In this document: piece after piece, positions 36,641 through 50,511 of the stretch
How the letters are laid out: each line of letters begins with the position of its first letter
How positions within the stretch are numbered: the first letter of the stretch is position 1
Source: Phoronis australis
Lineage: Eukaryota > Animalia > Phoronida
Length of the DNA: 64,000 nucleotides
Direction of reading: 5' to 3'
Assembly: GCA_002633005.1 (NCBI GenBank)
Contig: NMRA01000217.1
Location: 124,001-188,000, forward strand
Position numbers and translations under genes: made by a program
The notes under the pieces: generated by a model
Told to the model about the DNA's origin: nothing
Databases searched by the model: none
Seen by the model: only the letters and a program-made list of their open reading frames with translations

Positions 36641-37199
36641 GTATGCTTGTATTTGTTTCTTTAAATTTGTACTCTGAATGACCAATGTTGGTTGAAGGCA
36701 CGTTTTGTTAGACAGCTTAATACACTCGCTCGTAGTCTCTATACGTCGTGCAGTTATGACGCAAAACACCAAGAGACATAGCGTGCAAAGTTGTAATCTT
36801 TCGAAACGGCATGTCTTATCATCAGGCAATAGGTGAAATGAACGTGGAGAAAGAAAACTAAACATTGAAATAAACGGCAACAGCAGGTAGAGGGGCATAC
36901 AAACAGAGGGTTTGAATGTATCACACGGCAGGGAGCCAGCAAGCCTAAGGGAACACAGCCAGCGTGCGCTACACACCTATGAGCTGCTCATTCAGCACAG
37001 GTTTTTTGTGACTGGTCAATAGAGACCCCAAAATATTTAAAGAAATGTGTCATTTTCTACCTAGCGAATGGTGGCATTGTCTACTGTTTCATTTGGTGCG
37101 GGACTCGCTCTGCAAGTGCACGGACAACCGTCGGGAGAGGGCTTGTACTGTGTGTCCAGTGCAACGCTGTTCATGAGTATGGGTACGAATGATCAATAA

Positions 37200-39530
37200 A
37201 AATGAAATTTAATGCAAGGAATAAAACTTTATAAATGTCAATCAAAAAGAATTTTAGACAGTGAAATCTCACTGGCAGAACTGGAAAATGTTTTAAAATT
37301 TATGAAAAATGATAAAAGTCCTGGCATTGACAGTTTCATTGTGGAATTTTACAGATTGGGCCTCTTCTTTGTTCATTTAAGCTCAGAAGTATTTCACACT
37401 TGCAGTTACAGAGTGTTCTAAAATGCTTCCTAAGTGCAACAAACCCGGAGTTCCTAAAAAATGGCGTCCAGTATCACTGTTAAATGTAAGTTGATTCATT
37501 CTGTCTGTTTAGCTTCTAGAATGAAAAAGGTTTTGGGAGGCATGGAAATGCTGACCAAAGTGGACTAGTTACAGGACAGAATAGTAGAACACTATATGAC
37601 ATTCTGGCATATTCGGAAGAAAAACATTTTAGGTTTAATTACATTAATAGATTGCGAAAAAGCGTTTGATTTTTTATCATGGGATTGTATTTTTAAAATG
37701 CTACGCTTTTTGGGTTTGGTGACATTTTCTGAAAATGGATTAATATTCTTAACAACGTATAAAGCCTGTGCGTCATGCAAAATAGAATAGCTTCACGTTT
37801 TTTTAAGATACATAAAAGCTGCAAGCAGTGGGGCTCTATTTCTCCTTAACTTTTTATTTTGTGCGCCGAAATTCTGATCTTAATCCCCCTTCCCTTAAAA
37901 AAGAAACTGTACAAAAAATCGAACGTACGTAACGCAAATTACTTGGGGATATAAAAATGAAAAAATTGCGTGAAATCTCCTGTATCAAAATTCCTCCAGA
38001 GGTGAAGCAAACATGGTGCACATTGACTGTTTCATTAAGTCATTAAAACTGCGTGGATAAGGAAAGCTTTACACAATTCTGGCTCTGCTTGAAAACTATT
38101 TCTTCTTGAACACTTTTTGGATAACAAAGCACACTTCAGTCAGATGGGAGATGCATGTTTCAAGTATTTAGCAGGTAGATGTAAAAACTTTCTTGGACAG
38201 ATGTGGGGTAATTCAGTACCTGGTTTTGGGAATTTGTCAACCTTTATGGTTTACTTCTAATATATATATTCGATCCTGGCCGCGTAAGATTTGTTTGTGA
38301 TTTATATAATGAGAATGGACAACTCTTATGTTACATTCAATTCTCCATAAAATTCAATAACAAGCTTCCTATGTTAGCCTTTTACAGCTTACGGGGAAGT
38401 GAAAGACAATTACATGAACTAAGATGCCAATAGATGAACGTTTTTCAAACGTGCTTCATAAGATGACACGTGATAAGAAGAGAACTCGGGTTTTTTCGAG
38501 GCTTTTTCGGAAACTTTATATAATATAAAGGGCCAACATTTTTATCAAAATGGGAAGCTGATTTTGTAATCGAAAACTCCAAATCTGAGTGGCAAGATAT
38601 TTTACTAGAAACGCTTTTGACTTTAGCCCAGACAATGACATAATTATAGGTTTAAAGTGGCTACAGATGACAACTGTCCATATAATAATAGGAACTTCGT
38701 AGAATACACGACTAAATTTGTTGTTTAAAAGCTTGATACAGTGTCGCTCGTCGTGTCTTCAACGAAGTAGTTGTGTTAACGAAGGGCTGCTACCGAACTA
38801 AGAACAAACAGAATTATTCCGATTGGTGTCGCTTCTTTCACGCGAAGTCAGAGGAAATTGTTCATTTGTTCATTGATTGCTCTCTCTTGAAAACTTTCTG
38901 GCAAAAAATATCGAAATTTCCGCCATTCGTAGAGAACTCTTTAAGCCAAAAATTAGATGGTTTCACTGTTATACTTGGATTTAGCGGGAAGAGGAGCAAG
39001 TCACTTAATGTTATTTTAAGTCTAACAAGAAGACATGATCTTCAGTCGCTGATTGCGTAGCCAGGTATCTTCCATCGCAGTCTTCAAAATTGAATTGAAA
39101 AAGCTTAAGTATGATAATACGATGAATGTTTTCAATCAGCTTAAGTATGTTTTCACAAAACTGGATGCTTAGAACAATATGAAAATGAATGGCAAATCTT
39201 TACAAACATATTCTAGCGTTATATTTAGTTATACAATATGGGTGCGTGTGTATGTGTGTGTGTGAAACGAATGGATGTGTCCCAGTCAGCTCTCAATGGC
39301 GGATTTAAGGGGGGCCAAGGAGGCCATGGCCCACCTAAAATTCTCTCAGATTCTCAGTTGGCAGTACGGGGGTGCGAATGCCTGACGGTCAAATTCCTGG
39401 CTAATACTCTACCCTGGCCTAATTCAAAATCCTGGATCCGACCCTGGCTCTAGATGTACTAGTTACAACTCGTGATTGCAAGAAATTCTATTTTGTAATC
39501 ACTTATTTGGATATTTGATAAACTATTAAA
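37200..39530 (+). mobile_element. Decayed, 5'-truncated non-LTR retrotransposon (L1/Tx1-like ORF2 remnant with 3' UTR)
   Basis: Frameshifted RT motifs occur in order: KNDKSPGIDSFIVEFY, KWRPVSLLNV, IDCEKAFD...W, CKQ..SISP.LFILCAEIL, YLGI, then a C-terminal zinc-finger-like C...E.IVHLFIDC...FW. There are many stops and the YADD region was not found. Confidence 0.85.
39294..39446. mobile_element. ~150-bp MITE family copy 2, TSD gctct, nested in the LINE 3' UTR
   Basis: Termini caatggcggattt and ggatccgaccctg; gctct on both sides. Confidence 0.8.
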
Positions 39531-39852
39531 TCAGAAACATGTGAATAGATAAGCGGTTGCCTTCATCAAATTAGATGACCTTTTTGCAGACTGTTGTGGC
39601 ATGCCGCTAGTACAAAGCAGGTTGAAATCAACCATTGAGAACATATCACGTACACCTATGTTTTTGCCAACAACTGACCTGACCTGCGTTCTGTAGACCC
39701 CCAAAAAATACCAAAAGCGAAATATCACGCAAGACGTTTCGAGATATCGCAATACGTCATTACTAACGAAGTGCGTGTTCATTGCTAGTCTCGCGAATTT
39801 TTAGGTCTACGCTGAACGCACTCCTAGATAGCGATTGCACAAATCGCAAATT

Positions 39853-40001
39853 CAGTGGCGGATTTAGAGGGTCCAAGGTGGCCAAGACCCCCCCCCAAAA
39901 CTCTCCCATTTGGCAGTTCGGTGTGAGAATGTCTGACGGGCAAAATCCTGGCCAATACTCTGCTCTTGCCCTCCTAACTAAAAATTCTGGATCCGCCCCT
40001 G
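39853..40001. mobile_element. ~150-bp MITE family copy 3, TSD aaatt/aaact
   Basis: Termini cagtggcggattt and ggatccgcccctg; internal ggcagttcggtgtgagaatgtctgacgg resembles copy 2. Confidence 0.8.
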
Positions 40002-43000
40002 AAACTGTAGACGCCTTTTATCTCCTTGGCAAGTATCTGCACACACATAACAACGTTTGAAAACAATGAACGTCTCCTTCATCTGATTGCTTTTTATTTT
40101 GAAGTTTGAGGGTATGCGCCGTCACTATTACCTAAGGATACCCTGGTCACACTAAGTCGAGCATCGAATCTTTCTTGTATTTTGCGATCCTGACAAAATC
40201 AAGTCGTAAAATAAGGCAAATTAACATTTTTCCACGGTTATACTCTGGTCTCAATGAACTAAGCTTCACTCTTGTGTTGTCTTACTTTGAAGTAGATCGT
40301 TTTGACCGCCGATGTGGTGCTCAATATAATTTCAGTTGTTTTATAATGTGGATGCACGAAAACAACTCAGGGTTGACTGTATTGCTCTGCTCAACAAACA
40401 TGTGCCACTGTAAATAAGTGATTTTGAAATTTGATGGGGTGTCAAAATTCTGGTAAACCTAGTGTAAACAATTCATGTTCTCTTTTGCTGTTGCAATAAA
40501 AGATGAGTTTTGCGAGTGCTCACAGCGCATGCGTGTGCTTTTGCATTTTGAGTGCTTAGCAAATTTCTAAATTCGTCTCGTGTTGTTCAGTTTTGTTTTG
40601 TTTTGCTCGGTATTTGTGGTGATTTTGGACATTGGTGACTTTGCCACGCTGAACTGCACCATCGCCCTTTGCGTAATAAATATCCCTGCACCAAGCTCCC
40701 ATCAAATCTTACTTAGTGCGGCTCTCCTCGTTTAGTTCATGTCGTTGCCATGATGTTGTCATGTTGTTGTCATGACAACGGTTGCTGACAGAAGCAAAGT
40801 AAACCGAGATTCCAAAGGCAGAGATTGCCTGCTGGACGACTTGACATGCAGCGTGTCAGATGGCACGCACACGAAATTTGCAGATTTGCCTGTTTGTATT
40901 TTCTGTGTCAAAAGTCATTTGGCGTTTGTTTGTTATAGTAATAGTAGAGGGATGAATGACTGTTCCGGAGTCTGACCTTTCAGGTGACCTCCACTCCCAC
41001 GCCCTGACAGTTATCAATTAGGTTGCAGACGGTGTTACCGGTCCTCTGCACTGCAGTCTTCAGTTGCTTCGAGCGATTCTTTCTATGTTGGCCAGCATCG
41101 AAATGATTGATTCGACAAGGTTGATTGTACCGCCTGCTTTGTCGATTTTGTGAGTCATCGCTGTCCACATGGCAGTAATTTGGACTGTTTCAAACAAGCC
41201 AACTGTAACACCTGTGAGACTGACCAGATAATATCTACATGTAGATCAAGGATAATGCAGGTTACGGTTTGGCAGTCAGTTAGCAGTCGATCGTTCGAAT
41301 TCAATATAATTATTTATTGAAATAATGATTTGAACACAACTAAAGCAAAAATGTTAACGGTATAGTTACATTTTTCGGGAAATATACAGCAGTTTTTATA
41401 CAATTATAATTTTGCTTTCTGCGTATTATCATTGGGCTCAATCTGAAAATATATTTCGACATTTGTTTGCTCACATGCAATCGGCATCAACGTTTCATGT
41501 CATGTCACAAATTTCGTTGATATCATACCGGATTTTTCTCAATACACTCAAGCGTATTTTCGAATACAGATGATGCGTGCTGTCGGGTACCAATAGCAGG
41601 CTTGTTCTGATATTTGAGTGATCAGATAGAGGGTATAAATATCTATTCCATAGAGGTTTCAGCGGCCCAGGCAGGTGGGAAGGTGATGGCTAAGAATACA
41701 CATCCTGAAATGTCAAAAAACGGACAGGAACGACAATTACTACTGCCCGTAATAGAGTGGACGCCGGTTAGTGAAAGCTACAGGGGTACATTTTTATGAA
41801 ATATAACAATGCATCGAGCCCACACAGCGTTTGTATCAGTATGACGGATAATCTAGCGTAAGTCTGTACAGAACTTATCGAAGGATGTTTACATTGAATT
41901 GATATGTGACAGCCACTTTTAACCACGTGTTAACCTCTCGTTTGTAACCTCACGCCAAATAAGGCCGCGACGCTTCCGGTGGCAGGGACATGTTCGCAAA
42001 ACAAACACAACAGCTGTAGCCTCGTTTTCGTCTGCCATCATCCCGTCAACCGTTTTAATCACAACTAAATAAAAAGTCTCGAGTTAAAAGTGTATGTCTG
42101 CCAGAACTGGGCGCATTCGGTTGAAATTACACACAAGGCACAGCATCGCTGGTAATGAGACTAACTTTCATGGCGGATAAAACCATTGATGACTCATTTT
42201 CACATCTGGGCTCTACTACTTGTTTCTGAGCAACGGATTTATTCAGAGGTAAGTTCATCACTTACGGGTTCTTGTTGCCGTCAGACTTAATAGTCTCTCG
42301 ATAGGCCTACTGGTTTATTAATTTTTGCACAAAACAACAATGGCGCTCGTTGTGAGGCACTAATTGAGAATTTTTGAGTTTTCAAACATTCACGTAAAGC
42401 ACAGCTTTTATAAAGGAGAGGGACCATAGACCTCTGAAAATAAATAGCACGCGAATACTTCATTTGTCCCATACTTTGAAAGAAAACTCGACGGTGTTTT
42501 TCGTAATAATTATTTGAGTCCATTGGCGAGATGTCTGTTTTGTCTTCTGCAGCCAAAATATCTGAACTGTAGGAACTAGACTGGAGCAATTTTGAGATCA
42601 TGACCCTAACGCCTTGATTAGTTTTGTGAGTCTGTGCTTTAATATAGACCCGATGAATGTTTTAACCTAACCAATAATAACTTTGGTATTTTTGTTAATC
42701 TCCATATAGTTAAAGCTAATACAAAATATGTCAGATCGAATAAAGTTTATATTCCTAAAAGGTGTTTTATCTGTAACAACACTCATTTTATGTATAGGTC
42801 ATACCGCTTAGCCTTATACATACATGTATATTGTTTTCGAAAATGAAAAGTTTGGTTTGGCTTTAGTACACATAGTCGCAAACATTGTGAGAAGGCCAAT
42901 GTTCGCATATCACTCCTCAGAGGCGGGTGCGTGCTGTGCGCTTTATGGCCTCTAAATTGCTTTACGAACAATTGGGAGGTTGTTTCGAGTTCAGTGCAAG

Positions 43001-46000
43001 TTGCCAACCGTTGCTAATGGTGAACACCCGTGTCCCAACAAGTGGTCGGCACCTGTTTGACACCTGGCTTCATCAATGACTGCTTTTATCGCTGTACCAA
43101 CGCCGAGTACGAGTAGAACATGAAATTGTTTTAATTTAGCGAAAGATGATTCTTCTCCGAGAGCGAGAACGTAAATTGGTTGATGAGCAGTTCGTCTATG
43201 ACTCATCCGACACAGTTTATGTCTGACTCCGATGTGTAGGGAGGTGATCAGTAGAACGCAGTCGTAAAAAGGTCGATCCTTTCTAAGAGATCTTAAACAC
43301 GTTTTCTAGACTAAACGAATAAGTGTTGAATATTTTCACAAAATACCTGGCATGCAAATGTGTTCGGTGAGAGATCGTCAGAAAGGGACCGAGTGGCTAT
43401 GTACTTTAGGTTGAGACGGAAGCATCCGAGTGACGTTGATTCATTTGTGTTTTCTATGTCTAACCATTTAGTTTTCGAAACCTCCGGCGCTGTTACCCAT
43501 TTGTAGTAATTCTTACCGAGAAGGACGTCATCAAACCTTTCACTGAAGGTTCGAGGAGATGAATGAGATATGTTGATAAATGAATGGGTCTGCCGTTGTT
43601 GGTTTATAAACCGTCACAACACGCACCGATACTTAGGTGAACCAAAAATCACAAACTTCGACCTGGAATAACTCAAATTAGTGTTTGTGAACTTTGTCCG
43701 TGGTTTTATAATGTGCAATTAGGGACGCTAACTCGCCGTATTAAAAAAGGTTCTAGTCTCAAACATGAACCAAATTATTTGTTTCCAAAGATCATGTCTC
43801 TGCCAGGCTCAATCGCCTGCGTAGTTAGCCACTGTGTCTGGTTTATAAAGACACCATAAAAAAATCCGTCAGCGTTATAATAGGGAAAGATTTTTTACCC
43901 CGCCGTCTGTTTTTTGCTGGCTGGCACAGCGTTCCTGATTTCCGTCACACTTGATGTCAACTTCCCAGCATGTGTAAGCCGGAAGTGTTGAGGACAGACC
44001 AAAAGGTTGTAGGCATGTCAACCTGTCTCTTGACAACATTGCAAACTGGCAAGGGTTTCGCGGTAGACGCTAAGGAAGATCACGGGCTTCGCTTGCAATA
44101 TATAGCGATATCTCGAAAAGTTTTGCGAGTTCTTGCTTTTCTCGTAAGAAACTGAGTTCACGGCACGCACGCCTGAACACACCGGCAGCCTGATGATCAC
44201 ATTCGGTAAACAACACCAGGGTACGTTTCGTGCACCCAATGCATTACCCGTTGCACTTACGGTTAGAAATCTTCACATACGGAACGGAATTCTGTAATCG
44301 TGCATTCTACCCCATAACTCAACATCAAACCTCACCGGCGAATCTCTTCAGCGTTCGCCATTTTGCTAGGTTACGCTCTAAAGATCTTGAGTATAGTTAT
44401 GTAACCAGACTGAGCTTCAGNCAGCAACGTCCACAATTACAATTTCGTGGTAAAAAAAAATTAGACATAACAATTGCTGCTTCGGGTAAACTTTATCAAA
44501 TTAATTTTAACGGCCACCAGTTTATTCAAAACTTATTACCAGTGGCAGACGATGTTCTTTCAACTTCCCATCATGCTTTGTTTTCAAAATAAACATAATG
44601 TAACTTTTTAGTGGTTATAAACTGATGGAAACTTATTGTGAACATCTTTATTTTTCAAACTATAACACAAAATGGCTGAGAAGAGTGACGCCGAACGTTA
44701 CTTTTCATAAAGTTTTCGTGAACACACTGAGGGTTGTAATTTTTCGAAAAGTTCCGCGATATCTTTTGGCTGAGGAATCGAGTCCTGTGTTCTAAATAAT
44801 AAGTAACAAATAATTACTACTGACACCCTGCTCAGTGACCACGTTAATAACCATAGCAACATAAGCTTGAATAAAAGGCGACATTTATGCAAAACATACC
44901 TGCGCATACTTCAGTCAGTCATATGGTTTGCTGTTATGACTTAAGATCGCACATTCACAGGCGGATATGAAGCACCTCTAAAGAATAATTTGAGGGTATT
45001 TTCGTTTACCGAAACTTCGCCTCGGAGGTCGAGCGTTACCTGTGCATGTGTGGACGTCAAACATGGGGATAGTCATGTCACTTTTAATTCAAACAGAAGA
45101 TTGATTGGCAGCATGACTGCTATTCGCACACGCGCAAATTACGTTCACCTCCGATGGCAAATTTTAGGCTATAAAATATCCGAGGTATTCCAATGAATTT
45201 GAGGTTACGAAAATACTCAAGATATACCGAAAGGCCAGTTGGGATATACTAAATAATACCAGTTGGTGACTTGGTACTTGAATTATGCGTGCGGGTCCGG
45301 GATACTCGACTACGGGTGATCAGCTGGCAAATTGGGACACCCATCAGTTTGGAGCGTGAAAAAAGAAACTCATTTGTAGCGAGCTTCCATGAGAAAGTCA
45401 TTCTTTCGTAGTGCTAAACCTAAACGTTTCGTGCAGGTCCGTGACCGATGAGTTTGCATGGAGCCTGAAGCAGTACAATAGCTGCCATGTTGAAAAAATT
45501 AGAACATCTTTTGCAACCAAAGTTTTTACTCGACGCATCCTTGTGTAGGAAACAGACTGTGTCAGAAAACGTACCCTGTCTTAGAGAAACTGGTCGTGAA
45601 AATATCGCTGTGCTGAGCAGCACGCCTCGTACACCTCATCTGTGCAGTCCCCCCCCCCCCTGGTGATAGGCGATGTCGTGTGTTGACAGCCTAAGGTCAC
45701 ATGGGTGTTACTTGCGACGTGTAACCCATAACCCAGGACTTGTAGTACTTGGGGGGGGGGTGGTTGTCCCAACTAACTGGCTCCATTCTGTTTGTATTAT
45801 ACGTGATTCACTGTAACTAAACACTGTCGTCTTTTATAATCCATGTATTTACAAAACCTAGATCCAGACCAGTAATAACCAATGGATGAAACCGCGATTG
45901 AATGCTTAGTTGGTTTGGTTTAATAGAAATCACAATAAATGAAGACAGGCGCTGCGGTTTTGCTCGCAGACACATTGTACTGGAATTAGGTAAACGTCCA

Positions 46001-46919
46001 AATTACCATTTCTATTTACTGGCAACTCGGTGCAACTACCGCTCTTCGTGAGACTGAGTACGTGAAATCAAAAAGGGAAAGATTTTATCATTGTTGAACA
46101 TTTCCAAATTCTTTGTTTGCGAACATTCGTAATCGAGATGTTTATGCTTCTGTAATAGTTGGTTTAATGGGATACGTTTTACGATTCAATTCAACTAAAC
46201 AGTAAGTATTTGTTTCACGTATTTTGGGCGTGTTCAGCACAGCTTGACGGTTGACAATAGCGCGCGCCCTCATACGACCGTTTCTTACTTGCGGGGCAAG
46301 CGAGTCTCGAAAGAAGGGAAGCTTGATTTCTGAACGTCGATCTCAAATTTTAAACCTGCATTTAACGCCACATCATGACTAGGGCCAAACGTTTGGAAAC
46401 ACATCCTGCAAGTGTAACCGTATTATTGGGTGATGCAGACTTTGCCACGTCTGCAGAGTTTCAAGCGTCTCTTTTCAACATCAGATGTCGCCGACTGTAA
46501 CTCCGCACAACGAATAACAACTGTTTCTGACCGCTGTATCTGTGTCGTGTTTTAAGACAATTGGTCGATTATAGCCGTGTCATCGCGCTAATGAGTCTTG
46601 TTGTTGCTGCTAATCAGCCCAACATTTCACATTAGATGGAGACCGCGATATGCATGTCAATACTGCGGTTAGTCATCAACCGCCAAAATGTCTAAATAAA
46701 ATCAGGTTTAATAAGTGCTGACAATGTTAGCAATAGAGATATCACGAACCTTTATAAAGATATCTTATACGAGATTTGGCCGATGTTTTGTAGCGATGGC
46801 CTAAACACGAATGTACATTGCAATATTTGAAGGTAAGCTGTGTCTGATCACTCCGAGTTATAAACTTAAATCTTAAAACTAATCTTAACTGAAATAATCG
46901 AAACATCTCTCTGCATGAC

Positions 46920-48640
46920 GTTCTTATTTTATTGTGACAACGATTTTTCTCAAAGCAAACAGAATTGTAAAATTCGTCTTTTCAAAGTTTATTACTTACT
47001 TTCGTGCGAGAACGGATATAAGACTGTGCAGGCGCGTGCCAAATCAAACTTTTGAAAATCGGTCGACAATGCATCAGAAGGCTGGAAATTACGATGTCTT
47101 TTCCGTAACTCGTTCGGTGTACTCGTAGTTAAAAATAAACCTATCTCCTGTGTAATTGATCAAATTAATCCCAATCGTAGTTGCCCGAGCGTATCTCAGC
47201 ATAAGTACACCAGAGAGCGGAGACATTTTTGAGAAACGAGAGAGATTCCAAGAACACTTGTATGATGACAAGCTTGGTATTATGCAATTAATTATACAGC
47301 TAAAGCCATTGACCACGGGCGCCAGAAGTAGGCCTAGTCTCGACAGTACACGCTATGTATTTTTCATAATAGAATACATGTACACGTACGGTACTTGACT
47401 TAAGAGGGTGTAAATTTAACTAAAGATAGAAATCCAGCCACATTATGTTTAAACTAACAACTTGAATACACTCAAATGATTGAACAGAATATCTTATAGT
47501 ACTCGTGTAATAGTCTACAGTGAGACAAGGAGGGGTTTGCTTGTTTACTGGTTAATGTCGGCTATTTAGTTTCAAAAGAACAATTACTTGTTAATTCAGA
47601 TAGATGTAATGTCAGCCATTGTGGTTTCTCGATTTCTTTGCAACATGCGTGTTAATCACAACCCAGCTGAGAAAAGACAATAGCATTAGTTGAAGCCAGT
47701 TCATGAGGGGTTAAGTGTTAATAGGTTGTAATTGTCGACTATTTAACAATGGCTTGTATTCGGCTACAAATCTAATAAANGTTCTTATTTTATTGTGACA
47801 ACGATTTTTCTCAAAGCAAACACAATTGTAAAATTCGACTTTTCAAAGTTTATTACTTACTTTCGTGTGGGAACGGATATAAGACTGTGCAGGCGCGTGC
47901 CAAATCAAACTTTTGAAAATCGGTCGACAATGCATCAGAAGGCTGGAAATTACGATGTCTTTTCCGTAACTCGTTCGGTGTACACGTAGTTAAAAATAAA
48001 CCTATCTCCTGTGTAATTGATCAAATTAATCCCAATCGTAGTTGCCCGAGCGTATCTCAGCATAAGCACACCAGAGAGCGGAGACATTTTTGAGAAACGA
48101 GAGAGATTCCAAGAACACTTGTATGATGACAAGCTTGGTATTATGCAATTAATTATACAGCTAAAGCCATTGACCACGGGCGCCAGAAGTAGGCCTAGTC
48201 TCGACAGTACACGCTATGTATTTTTCATAATAGAATACATGTACACGTACGGTACTTGACTTAAGAGGGTGTAAATTTAACTAAAGATAGAAATCCAGCC
48301 ACATTATGTTTAAACTAACAACTTGAATACACTCAAATGATTGAACAGAATATCTTATAGTACTCGTGTAATAGTCTACAGTGGCACAAGGAGGGGTTTG
48401 CTTGTTTACTGGTTAATGTCGGCTATTTAGTTTCAAAAGAACAATTACTTGTTAATTCAGATAGATGTAATGTCAGCCATTGTGGTTTCTCGATTTCTTT
48501 GCAACATGCGTGTTAATCACAACCCAGCTGAGAAAAGACAATAGCATTAGTTGAAGCCAGTTCATGAGGGGTTAAGTGTTAATAGGTTGTAATTGTCGAC
48601 TATTTAACAATGGCTTGTATTCGGCTACAAATCTAATAAA
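46920..48640. repeat. 860-bp direct tandem duplication (46920-47779 / 47781-48640) split by a single N; probable haplotype assembly artefact
   Basis: The copies differ by about 8 substitutions and the junction is exactly the n at 47780. Confidence 0.95.
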
Positions 48641-50292
48641 AAAACATTTGTATCTTACCAGTCGAATTTTCCAGGTTCCAAAAGACACTGCGCTTGGGTG
48701 ACAGTCTCTTGCCGTATCCTCAGAAAACTATTGCGTCTGCTCGACAGTCGGGGTGTCTCGGTTAATCAAATATATTTTAGTTTGAAAATGAGCTTTAGTC
48801 AGGTCCTACACCTATAATTTTGGCCATTCCTTTGTGTAATTGTAATTAAATTTTGCAATTTGGGGCATTCGTGCATTATACTGTGGCGGCATATTGTGAT
48901 ACTGTCAGCTGGTCACTGAATAGCGCTATTGTACGACGATTAATATCTCTTTTACAGTGTTTTATTTTGGTGCAAAGTTACGCAAAGGTGTGTTGATAAG
49001 AACAGTTGAGGTAAAACCAAATCTCATAATCCCATATCAAGCCTGCAGACATGTCCTCTATAAGCGACAGTGTTTCGGTGTCAAAATATCAAAACGCAAT
49101 AAACTATTTAATTACCCGCTCTCTAATGTCACTAAACATGTTTTGATAACCATCTGTATGAAATAAAACAGCCGACCGCGCATGCTCATGCGTGTTAAAC
49201 GGCAGTGTAGCGGTGTCATAATATTGCCGTTTGTATTAAAATCTAATAAAGCATATTTATCGACGATTCATGTCACTTTTCCACTACTTAGCTTATCAAT
49301 GCTATGTTTGTGTTGGAGTGACTCACTCGCGGCAGCTCAAGTTCCACAACACAATACAAACAGTCAAGTGTCAGTGTTATTGTTAAAGGGGTATAACATT
49401 TTATGACTATTGTTCTCTATTTTATTAGGTTACATTACATTTCTCACAGGTTGAGCTTTGACAATGAGAGGGTTTACGCATTTTGCGCCTTTTCTTCCAT
49501 TTCCTAGTAGTGGCCAATGTCGTTAGCTCGTGATGTGAAATATACGGGTTGCGCTCACGTCTAGTTAAAGAATTCCGAATGATGCGAGAAACGCCGTGTG
49601 AAAAGTAATCGGCGACTTTGACACTACGGGTTTTGACACTTTTATGAACCCTTGAAGCAGATAACACTGAGATACACTTCGAATGTACGTTTACTTTAAT
49701 GCGTTTTAAAAACACTATTTCCTTTACTTGTACGCGCAGATGAAGAATCAGTCTCTGGTCGTAACATTTTCGTAAATTACAGTCCTGCGTTTACTTGCGT
49801 TTTACGGCAATTCATTAAAAGGGTTCGAAGTTCAATCCGTTCATCTCCAGCGTTTGTCATTTCAGTATAGCAATTTATAATAACTAATGTGCGGTAAAAC
49901 AGTACTTAAACAAAATCTTGTATTAATTGCAAGCTATTCAATCAAAATTTACATTCTTTTCTCATGAGACCGGCATCACTTGTATCTGACCTCAAGATTC
50001 TTATTCCGATTTTGGTTGCCCAGCATTCCTTCATAAAATCATGGTTTTTGATTTAGATCACTTACCGTTTTGAAATTAGTGTTAGAACTTTTCCTTTGTT
50101 AAATTAGACGAAATTTCTAGGCTAGGAAAGAACTGGCAATTGGCCGTTATATTGCGTAAGACATTGCTCTACACATTGTCTCCTCTAAAAAAGGTCACTT
50201 TATGCACCGAGCATTGTCTCAAGGAATCACGAACTGTCACCTTTTCCAAGCTTACAAACCACTTTTTAATTAGAAACATAAGTGAAGATCAG

Positions 50293-50511
50293 GGGCCCGT
50301 TCCAGCTAAACTGGCTAAGCTAAGACAAATCTTAAATTTTAGTAAATTTTAACATAAAAGTTAAATTTTGTTTCAAAACCAATTGAAGAAAGAGATCTTA
50401 AGTTTGACTTAAGTGTTTGACATAATTTTGTCTAACCTACCGAATGTGGAAGTTTTAAATTCTTAAACTTAAGTAAAAAAATATTATAAGTCAGTTTCTT
50501 GGAACAGGCCC
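50293..50511. mobile_element. PIF/Harbinger-type MITE
   Basis: TIRs gggcccgttcca and tggaacaggccc, a 3-bp cag duplication and an AT-rich interior. Confidence 0.65.

Noticed and set aside
42990-43062. Peptide CKLPTVANG...WSAP resembling a Sushi/CCP domain
   Set aside because: Far too short, it ends in a stop, and it has no splice sites or partner exons.
46934-48259. Duplicated small ORFs that look like a tandem gene pair
   Set aside because: They come from the N-joined 860-bp duplication and show no protein-like features.
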